Below are positions 57,324-64,000 of a stretch of 64,000 nt of DNA, in pieces. Positions within the stretch are counted from its first letter, which is position 1; every line of letters starts with the position of its first letter. Both the position numbers and the translations under genes were made by a program. Location: the NCBI GenBank assembly GCA_020632265.1, contig JACKFW010000001.1, positions 855,272-919,271 on the forward strand, given 5' to 3'. Source of the stretch: Pseudomonadales bacterium. Lineage in GTDB: Bacteria > Patescibacteriota > Microgenomatia > UBA1400 > PJMF01. The notes below the pieces were generated by a model. The model saw only the letters and a program-made list of their open reading frames with translations. It ran no database searches and was not told the DNA's origin.

Positions 57324-58157
57324 ATGTTTCCAGTATTATTTTCCATTGGTCCAGTGACGCTTAGAACAATGAGTTTATTTGTTATTTTGAGTTTTTTCGT
57401 CAGCAGTTTTATATTTTGGAGAAAAGGCAGAGAAGAGCATTACAAAATAATTGAATTGTTTGACAGCTTTATTTTATCAACAGTTGTGGGCTTATCTTTG
57501 GCAAGGCTGGCACACATATTGTTGAATTTTGATCAGTTTGGTCTGGATATTCTAAAATGGTTTGATTTTATAAATTTTTCTGGCATTAATTTAATTGTTG
57601 GAATTGTAGCGGCAAGCATCTATATTTATCAATTTTCACTTAAAAAAAAGTGGGATGCTTTTGAAGTTTTAGATTTTTGGGTAACTAGTATTTCATTGGG
57701 AATTTCAGTTAATTTTGTGGGTTTATTTTTTGAAGGTGTTGGGTATGGTAATGCAACTCAGTTGCCATGGGGAGTGGTTTTTCCTCAGCTAATTGATCCA
57801 CATCATCCCGCTCAGCTTTATTCAGCAATATTTTATCTATTATTGTATTTTTATCTCTCGAGAATTGAGTATAGTTATAGGACTATTTCTTGGTATCGAC
57901 ATGGAAAAAAAACAGCCCAAACTGGATTTTTAGTTTCAACTTTTCTCATTATCACTGCAATTTATAATTTTTTGATAATTTTTTTGAGACCAACAAACTT
58001 GGCATTCTTTGGTATAAATTTTGATCTAGTTATTAGTGTAGCTTTATTTATATTTGGTTTGTCAATTTTATTTTATCGATCTGGAAGATCATTTCCAATT
58101 TCATTTAATAAGAAACCAAAACCAGTTAGAACTAAAATAGAAAACCTTAGTGAATAA
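57324..58157 (+). CDS. lgt: prolipoprotein diacylglyceryl transferase
   Basis: FPVLFSIGPVTL (Lgt N-terminal motif DPVIFSIGPVAL) and HPAQLY (Lgt HPSQLY). Polytopic membrane protein. Confidence 0.8.
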   Translation: MFPVLFSIGPVTLRTMSLFVILSFFVSSFIFWRKGREEHYKIIELFDSFILSTVVGLSLARLAHILLNFDQFGLDILKWFDFINFSGINLIVGIVAASIYIYQFSLKKKWDAFEVLDFWVTSISLGISVNFVGLFFEGVGYGNATQLPWGVVFPQLIDPHHPAQLYSAIFYLLLYFYLSRIEYSYRTISWYRHGKKTAQTGFLVSTFLIITAIYNFLIIFLRPTNLAFFGINFDLVISVALFIFGLSILFYRSGRSFPISFNKKPKPVRTKIENLSE

Positions 58158-58554
58158 TAAATATTTTTTTTTCTCATTAATAATCATTGATCAAACGTCA
58201 AAGTTTTTTGCAAAATTTCTTGGTTTTCCGGTTGCGTTAAACTTTGGAATTTCGCTCAATCTCTTAAGTTTTTTACCTACAAGTATGATGACATTATTTT
58301 TGGTCTTTGCAATTTTTTTTATTTTTTACTTTTTCAAAAAGGATTGGGTTAAAAACCTTTTGGTTGCAAGTCTTTTTTTTGCTGGAGCAATTTCGAATAT
58401 CATAGATAGAATCATTTTTGGGGGAGTGAGAGATTGGCTTAAAATGCCTTTTTTCAATATTCATAATAATCTAGCTGATTGGTTTATTTTTATAGGTTTG
58501 GGGCTATTTCTATTTACTTTGTTTCATGAAGAAATGGATGGTAAAATCAACTAA
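58150..58554 (+). CDS. lspA: lipoprotein signal peptidase II
   Basis: NFGISLNLL (NxGxAF) and GGAISNIIDRIIFGGVRDWL (GGxxGNxxDR..G.VvDf). Four TM helices. Overlaps the lgt stop by 8 bp. Confidence 0.7.
   Translation: MNNKYFFFSLIIIDQTSKFFAKFLGFPVALNFGISLNLLSFLPTSMMTLFLVFAIFFIFYFFKKDWVKNLLVASLFFAGAISNIIDRIIFGGVRDWLKMPFFNIHNNLADWFIFIGLGLFLFTLFHEEMDGKIN
58481..58550 (+). repeat. left copy of a 70-bp direct repeat (the 3' end of lspA)
   Basis: GGTTTATTTTTATAGGTTTGGGGCTATTTCTATTTACTTTGTTTCATGAAGAAATGGATGGTAAAATCAA is identical to 59568-59637. Confidence 0.9.
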
Positions 58555-58640
58555 CTTAGTCATGGGGTAGTGCGAAATAAAATTATAAAGTGGAAGTAAA
58601 CATTGGGCATATTTGGAACTATATTTAATAGACAAGATTT

Positions 58641-59582
58641 ATGATTTCATTATCTAAAATTAGAAATAAGAATATCTTAATTACGGGTATTACAGGTTTT
58701 ATTGGTTTAAATTTATCGAAAAAATTAAAGGAAATGGGAGCAAATGTTTTTGGTATATCAAGAACAAGTCAAGTTGATAATATATATAAAATAAATCTAG
58801 ATGACTTTGATTCTTTAGATGATTTTATTAAAGCTAAAAAGATTTCAATTTGTTTTCATTTAGCGGGCGAGTCCCTTGTTGAATCAGGATATGAAGATCC
58901 ATTGAATACATTTAAAACAAATATAACAAAAACGCTTAATGTATTAGAGTCTGCTAGAAAGAATCATCTTGATAAAATTATTATTTCTTCTACAGCACAT
59001 GTTTATGGCGCCCTCAGTTCTCCTTGCACAGAAAATGATAATCCACGGCCATCAAGACCCTATGAAACATCTAAATTGTGCACAGATTTAATTAGTCAAT
59101 CGTATGCAAATACGTTTGGTTTGCCAATTTTTGTACCGAGATTGGTAAATATTTATGGTCCTGGTGATAATAATTTTAGAAGATTGATCCCTAATACAAT
59201 TAGAAATATACTTTTAGATAAAAATCCTCAGATGTGGGGAGGCAAAGCAATTAGAGATTATTTATTCATCGATGACGCTGTAAACGCATATGTTTCGTTG
59301 GCACTTGCAAATAATTCAGTTGTTCAAAAAGGAATTATTTTTAACTTTGGATCAAATAACATTATTTCAGTTGAAGACTTAATATTGAAATTAATTAAAA
59401 TTTCTAAAAAAGATCTAAAAATAATAAACATTCCTTTTGAGAGAGATAACGAAATAGCTGAACAATTTCTAAATTTTTCAAAGGCAAAAAAACTCTTAGA
59501 ATGGAATCCGACAGTAAATATTGATGAGGGATTAAAAAGAACTTATAAATGGTATGAAAAAAAAGCCGGTTTATTTTTATAG
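58641..59582 (+). CDS. NAD-dependent epimerase/dehydratase (extended SDR; UDP-sugar 4-epimerase or 4,6-dehydratase-like)
   Basis: Rossmann motif ILITGITGFIGLNL and catalytic YETSK (YxxxK). The last 5 codons and the TAG stop come from the duplicated lspA 3' segment. Confidence 0.75.
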   Translation: MISLSKIRNKNILITGITGFIGLNLSKKLKEMGANVFGISRTSQVDNIYKINLDDFDSLDDFIKAKKISICFHLAGESLVESGYEDPLNTFKTNITKTLNVLESARKNHLDKIIISSTAHVYGALSSPCTENDNPRPSRPYETSKLCTDLISQSYANTFGLPIFVPRLVNIYGPGDNNFRRLIPNTIRNILLDKNPQMWGGKAIRDYLFIDDAVNAYVSLALANNSVVQKGIIFNFGSNNIISVEDLILKLIKISKKDLKIINIPFERDNEIAEQFLNFSKAKKLLEWNPTVNIDEGLKRTYKWYEKKAGLFL

Positions 59583-59637
59583 GTTTGGGGCTATTTCTAT
59601 TTACTTTGTTTCATGAAGAAATGGATGGTAAAATCAA
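59568..59637 (+). repeat. right copy of the 70-bp direct repeat
   Basis: See 58481-58550. It diverges only at the distal end (..AAAATCAAGCTAA here against ..AAAATCAACTAA). Confidence 0.9.
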
Positions 59638-59781
59638 GCTAAAGAAATAAAGTGTGTTTTCGAAATTTAATTGCACCTTAAGGTTGTGCGAAGTTTAAAT
59701 TTTAAAATTAATTGATGCAAACGTGAGGTTGTGCGAAACTAAAATTTAAAAGGGGATGAGACAAATAATTAAAAAAAACAT

Positions 59782-60651
59782 ATGAAAATAGTTGGAAAAA
59801 AAATCAAAATTGAAATAGTCCATGAGGATGAGGATTTGCTAGTGATTAATAAACCACCGGGGTTGGTGGTAAATAGAGCAGAAACAATTAAGACCGAAAC
59901 GCTTCAAGACTGGCTTGAAAATAATTTAAGTGAGATTAAAAATCGCGAATTCCCTAAAAATTGGCAGGCTCAGATCCCGGCAGAATTTAAGAGCGAATAT
60001 GGAACTCCTGAGGAAATTTTTGAATCTCGCACTGGTCTAGCTCATCGACTCGACAAGGATACAAGCGGAGTGATGCTAATTGCTAAGCACCCTGGATCAT
60101 TGGTTAATTTACTCAGACAGTTCAGGCTTAGAGAGGTCCAAAAAATGTACACCTGTTTGACTCATGGAAAGTTTGCATTTCAAAAAGGTGAAGTAAATTT
60201 GCCCCTTGGAAGAAAACAAGCTGATAGAAAATTATTTGCAGTCGTTCCTGATGGCAGGCCCGCTCTAACGAAATACGAAGTTGAGAGTCTTTTTACAATT
60301 TTCAACCTACAAAAATTAATTTCAGATTTTGAGAAAAGTCATGGAACTGATCATAATTTAAAGAAGAAACGTTTTTCATTGTATGATGGTTTTTCTCTAG
60401 TAAATTGTTGGCCAAAGACAGGCAGAACACACCAGATTAGAGTGCATATGGCCTATTTAAAGCACCCAATTGTAGGAGATGTGCAATATATTGGTAAAAA
60501 AAGATCTAAATTGGATAATTTGTGGTGTCATAGACAGTTTTTACATGCAAGACAAATTGAGTTCACTCATCCTAAAACCGGTGTAAAAGTTCAATATTCT
60601 ACAGATTTAACCGATGACCTATTATCCACATTGACCTATGTCTCATTTTAA
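59782..60651 (+). CDS. RluA-family pseudouridine synthase
   Basis: Catalytic-Asp motif HRLDKDTSGVML and the downstream RluA-family block (GRTHQIRVH). Confidence 0.8.
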   Translation: MKIVGKKIKIEIVHEDEDLLVINKPPGLVVNRAETIKTETLQDWLENNLSEIKNREFPKNWQAQIPAEFKSEYGTPEEIFESRTGLAHRLDKDTSGVMLIAKHPGSLVNLLRQFRLREVQKMYTCLTHGKFAFQKGEVNLPLGRKQADRKLFAVVPDGRPALTKYEVESLFTIFNLQKLISDFEKSHGTDHNLKKKRFSLYDGFSLVNCWPKTGRTHQIRVHMAYLKHPIVGDVQYIGKKRSKLDNLWCHRQFLHARQIEFTHPKTGVKVQYSTDLTDDLLSTLTYVSF

Positions 60652-60812
60652 ATGTATCTTATTGTAAGGATATAATAAATATAAAAGAAAAAGATCTACT
60701 AATTTTTTATGATAAATTTTCTTAGGAATTAAATGGAGTACAAAAAATTCAAGACCAGTATAAAGAAAAATATTTTGTTTATTCATTAGGAAAAATTATT
60801 GATCTTCACTAC

Positions 60813-60841
60813 TTGATAAATGAATAATAAATGTGTATAAT
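60813..60841 (+). promoter_or_regulatory. near-consensus sigma70-type promoter (TTGATA, 17-nt spacer, TGTG-extended TATAAT) with no ORF downstream
   Basis: TTGATA at 60813-60818, TGTG extension at 60832-60835 and TATAAT at 60836-60841. Confidence 0.5.
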
Positions 60842-60848
60842 GGCAGGT

Positions 60849-60998
60849 AGGTTTAGAGAAACATTCGCGAAAGACACCTTTAATTAGGCTTTCGCTCCCA
60901 AGATACATAAGTCTTGTGAACAAAGTAGGGACTATAGAGTTTTACTTAACAAGATCGAAACCAAGAAGAGCGGGAGGCTTAATATCAGGTGTTTTTTT
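60849..60998 (+). ncRNA. candidate small non-coding RNA (~150 nt), class unknown
   Basis: Starts about 7 nt after the -10 element. Contains no ATG and has no ORF partner. Segments 60875-60889 and 60977-60991 can pair 12 of 15 to close the molecule, and the second segment runs into a U7 tract at 60992-60998. Confidence 0.3.
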
Positions 60999-61201
60999 AT
61001 TCAAGATTAAATTTTTATTTTTTTAAGTAGAAGTTTTAGCTGATAAAAAAACATTTTGTGCAATTTTTATAAAATTTGATTTTCTGTAGAGAGAGTAGAT
61101 TAGGTAAAAAATGACCATACAAAAACAAACAAATATTACCATCTTTATCCAGAGAGTAATCTTCTTAATTTGGGGGATTTAAATAATCGTCTCGCGCTTC
61201 A

Positions 61202-61963
61202 TCACGCGAGATTTTTTGTAGGCATATTTGCTTTATACAAGCTCGTTCTTTTTTTAGCCAATTGTAGAGCAATTTTTTTTGCTTCTTGATGAATAAATTT
61301 TGGCAGACGTCTTTTTTCAAATCTATTTTTCATAAATTCTAAATTGTCTTTTTGAGAAAATTTTTGAGTAGATTTATTAATATCTAACATTCCTAATGTA
61401 TCAGCTTCCATTAGCAGTAACTCATCTTCGTCAACTAATTTTTTTATTTCATCATGAAATAAAACAAGATGAGAAACTCTTAATATTTGCTTTTGACTAA
61501 AATAATTACCCAATCTTTGATGGAGTAATTGTTCAATTAGGAAGGAGCCTCTATTCATATGTATTTTTTTCATAACAGTAATATCTTTGAGTGAATTTGA
61601 ATTTAGTTGGGAAAATAATCCAGAATATCCCCAATCATGTGCGTAGGCCGCAGTGATTAATACTTGAGGATCAATAGTTTTCTGATGTATAGATACAGCT
61701 GACTTTTGTAGAGAGCCAGATGAATTTTGAAGAACAACGGAAGAATACTGATGGGTAGCAGATGACTGAGGAATGTTTGAGCCTAGACTCACTCCATTAA
61801 TTTTTGGTTTCAAAGATTCAATGTTTGTGAGTAAATATTTCATCCATTTTACAACTGCTTCTGTATGAGGTTTATCAAATGCTTTTCTTCCTTTATTTAA
61901 ATCTTTTAGGATAATTTGTTTTAAGACTTTCTCAATTTGGGGTTTGATTAAATTATATTTCAC
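61202..61963 (-). CDS. HD-domain-containing hypothetical protein
   Basis: H...HD signature (KPHTEAV ... AYAHDWGY) and later His/Asp residues. Confidence 0.45.
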   Translation of the reverse strand: MKYNLIKPQIEKVLKQIILKDLNKGRKAFDKPHTEAVVKWMKYLLTNIESLKPKINGVSLGSNIPQSSATHQYSSVVLQNSSGSLQKSAVSIHQKTIDPQVLITAAYAHDWGYSGLFSQLNSNSLKDITVMKKIHMNRGSFLIEQLLHQRLGNYFSQKQILRVSHLVLFHDEIKKLVDEDELLLMEADTLGMLDINKSTQKFSQKDNLEFMKNRFEKRRLPKFIHQEAKKIALQLAKKRTSLYKANMPTKNLA

Positions 61964-62212
61964 AAGAGATCATTACTTTAGTGTTTTTTATAGTTTATTT
62001 AGTTAAAAACATTCTACTACACTTGTGGTAGGATATTATCATTATGATTAAATCACAATTACACTACCGCATTTCAGACTCAACTTTATAGCTTTCTTAT
62101 CTAATTTTTAAGTAAAGATTGCTTGAGTTATCGTGATACTAAATAGAGTTAATGTATTTATTATCAAGATAAATAAAATGTAATTAAAATATTAAATAAA
62201 TAAGGATTTAAA

Positions 62213-63526
62213 ATGAAAGATAAAGTTTTTAAAATAATTGAAAAGGAACTTGAACGACAAACAGAAATGATTGGTTTGATTCCCTCAGAAAACATTGTTT
62301 CTCCATATGTTTCTGAAGTTTTATCAAGTTGTTTGTCAAACAAATATTCTGAAGGTTTTTCCGATAGACGCTATTATGAAGGAAACCAATTTATTGATGA
62401 AATTGAGCTTTTAGCGATTGATCGAATCAAAAAATTGTTTGGGGTGCCTTATGCTAATGTTCAACCATATTCAGGTTCTCCAGCAAATTTGGCTATTTAT
62501 TTTGCTTTAATTAAGCCAGGTGATACCATCATGGGTCTTAAGTTGGCAATGGGAGGGCACTTGACTCACGGTCACCCAAAAGTTACAGCTTCAGGCACTT
62601 TTTATAAGTCAGTGCAGTATGGTTTAGGCAAAGATTCAAGAATTGATTTCGCTGAAGTTCGTGCTCTTGCCAAAAAACACAGACCAAAAATAATTGTGGC
62701 TGGTAATACGGCTTATCCATTTGAACTAGATTTCAAAAAATTTAGAAAAATTGCTGACGAAGTCGGGGCATGGTTGATGGCTGATATTTCTCATGTTACT
62801 GGTCTAGTAGTTGCGGGGGAACATATGTCACCAGTTCCATATGCAGATGTAATTATGTCTACTACTCACAAAACTTTTAGAGGACCAAGAGGTGCGATGA
62901 TAATGGCTACAAATCGAGGTATGAAGAAAGATCCAAAGCTTGGAACTAAAATTGATTCTGCAATAATTCCCGGCCTTCAAGGCGGACCACACAATGCAAC
63001 GACAGCTGCTATTGCTATTGCGGCAGGGGAAGCTATGAAGCCAAAATTTATTAAATATGCTAAACAGATTAAAAAAAATGCAACAGCTTTGGCAAATGAA
63101 CTCAAGAAAAAAGGTTTTGCATTAGTGGGAGATGGAACTGATACTCATCTCATATTAATTGATCTAACAAATTATGGAGTCAGTTTTGGGACACAGGCAG
63201 CATTTGCTATGGACGTAGCTGGAATTTATGCAAATAGAAATACAGTTCCTACTGAAAAAGGTTCGCCATTTTATCCGTCTGGACTTAGAATTGGTACTCC
63301 ATTGATCACCACTAGAGGTATGAAAGAAAAAGATATGGAAAAGATTGCTGATTGGATTTACAGAGCAATCGATGAGGTTAAAGATTATCAATTGCCAGAG
63401 GATAATGCTGAACGTAAACTCTTTATTAAAAAGTTTAGGAAAGAAGCACTGGCAAATAAAGATTTATTGAAACTTAGAAAAGAAGTCACGAGTTTTACAA
63501 AAAAATTCCCACTTTTTTCTTGGTAA
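62213..63526 (+). CDS. glyA: serine hydroxymethyltransferase
   Basis: PLP-lysine motif THKTFRGPRG, plus VQPYSGSPANLA and GGHLTHGH. Confidence 0.9.
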   Translation: MKDKVFKIIEKELERQTEMIGLIPSENIVSPYVSEVLSSCLSNKYSEGFSDRRYYEGNQFIDEIELLAIDRIKKLFGVPYANVQPYSGSPANLAIYFALIKPGDTIMGLKLAMGGHLTHGHPKVTASGTFYKSVQYGLGKDSRIDFAEVRALAKKHRPKIIVAGNTAYPFELDFKKFRKIADEVGAWLMADISHVTGLVVAGEHMSPVPYADVIMSTTHKTFRGPRGAMIMATNRGMKKDPKLGTKIDSAIIPGLQGGPHNATTAAIAIAAGEAMKPKFIKYAKQIKKNATALANELKKKGFALVGDGTDTHLILIDLTNYGVSFGTQAAFAMDVAGIYANRNTVPTEKGSPFYPSGLRIGTPLITTRGMKEKDMEKIADWIYRAIDEVKDYQLPEDNAERKLFIKKFRKEALANKDLLKLRKEVTSFTKKFPLFSW

Positions 63527-63589
63527 TCTATTAATCTATTAATTGAGTAAAGTTAAAAAATAATTTCATCAAATACATGCGTACTTTAT

Positions 63590-64000
63590 TTATTTTTTTG
63601 CTGCAATAACTAGTATCAAGCCTTTAGCTTTGGATAATTGAATTTGAGATGTACCTTTAAATAGTTCAACCTTGTGAGTATTCTCTAGGATTTCTATGAG
63701 TTTTTTGAGCGATTGGCTTTTGTGAGAATGAAACTCTATAGCCATTTTTTTAATCAGAGGAAGACTCCCGGCAGATGAAATAAGGACTTTTTGCTCAAAG
63801 CCTTCAATATCCATCTTGAGAAAGTCAATGGGTTGGGTAACAAATTCACTAAGCGTATGTGTTTGAACATCTACACTTGTTGATTTTTGAGAACCGACCC
63901 ATGAGCCTTGATGAAATCCTGAGGTTGAGTACCACTTCTCAATTGTTTTATCAAAAAATAGTTTATTAATACCTGAGCGATCTGAGAGAGCAGCTTGAAC
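63590..64000 (-). CDS. FkbM-family methyltransferase, C-terminal part (5' end lies beyond the window)
   Basis: The reverse frame is open to the window edge. ...TLSEFVTQPIDFLKMDIEGFEQKVL matches the FkbM (Methyltransf_21) IDxLKIDxEGxE motif. Confidence 0.55.
   Translation of the reverse strand, partial: VQAALSDRSGINKLFFDKTIEKWYSTSGFHQGSWVGSQKSTSVDVQTHTLSEFVTQPIDFLKMDIEGFEQKVLISSAGSLPLIKKMAIEFHSHKSQSLKKLIEILENTHKVELFKGTSQIQLSKAKGLILVIAAKK

Noticed and set aside
60660-61200. Known housekeeping RNAs (tmRNA, RNase P RNA, SRP RNA, 6S) in the large rluA-HD spacer
   Set aside because: None of the conserved blocks is present (RNase P AGGAAAGTCC/GGGCTC, tmRNA tag-reading frame and CCA-ended tRNA-like domain, SRP GGAAGCAGCCA). 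It is kept only as an unclassified sRNA candidate.
1-64000. Alternative genetic code (UGA as Gly, code 25) as in some CPR lineages
   Set aside because: Conserved genes (the HIT-like gene and others) terminate at TGA exactly where homologs end, and long ORFs are intact under table 11.
1-64000. Diversity-generating retroelement (common in CPR)
   Set aside because: No reverse-transcriptase ORF (no YxDD-type motif) and no template/variable repeat pair were found. The only long direct repeat (70 bp at 58481/59568) is identical rather than A-mutated.

Overview
This window looks like a low-GC, gene-dense bacterial chromosome segment in the style of a reduced genome (Candidate Phyla Radiation / Patescibacteria-like). 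That reading rests on small proteins, short intergenic spacers, adjacent def and fmt genes, and cell-envelope genes typical of such genomes. Several genes end in TGA, so the standard bacterial code (table 11) applies, with no sign of UGA recoding. Most of the window is housekeeping: rpmB, def-fmt, mreBCD-mrdA, dprA, topA, nadD, recR, hpf, cysS, ychF, rpsF-ssb-rpsR, ctpA, prfA, rpmE, glmS, hisS, pepP-like, dnaB, lgt-lspA, rluA-like, glyA, tRNA-Leu(CAA). Interspersed are accessory-looking pieces:
(1) Positions 1-4975 are arranged like a cassette array. Small same-strand accessory genes (an AadA-like aminoglycoside nucleotidyltransferase, NUDIX hydrolases, an HD hydrolase and hypotheticals) are each delimited by a conserved ~26-70 bp repeat (AGGTTCCAACATCCYTCACYAGTCCC...). 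No recombinase lies inside the window.
(2) Positions 20.0-27.9 kb hold a tight dTMP-synthesis and nucleotide-sanitation cluster: thyA, a GalT-like HIT protein, a dCMP-deaminase-family gene, an HxGH nucleotidyltransferase, a DHFR-like gene, dut, a Maf-like gene, tmk and a MazG-like gene.
(3) Two tandem-repeat tracts each begin inside the 3' end of a gene and re-copy its stop codon.
(4) A 70-bp direct repeat flanks an epimerase gene that sits in the 3' end of lspA.
(5) A strongly promoted, ORF-free ~150-nt candidate small RNA lies between rluA and an HD-domain gene.
(6) A 989-aa surface protein carries a glycoside-hydrolase-like domain, four lectin/propeller-like repeats and a Pro/Thr-rich tail.
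(7) A ~500-bp leader with regularly spaced direct repeats precedes glmS.
Every functional call is inferred from motifs read in the translated ORFs; no database search was possible.
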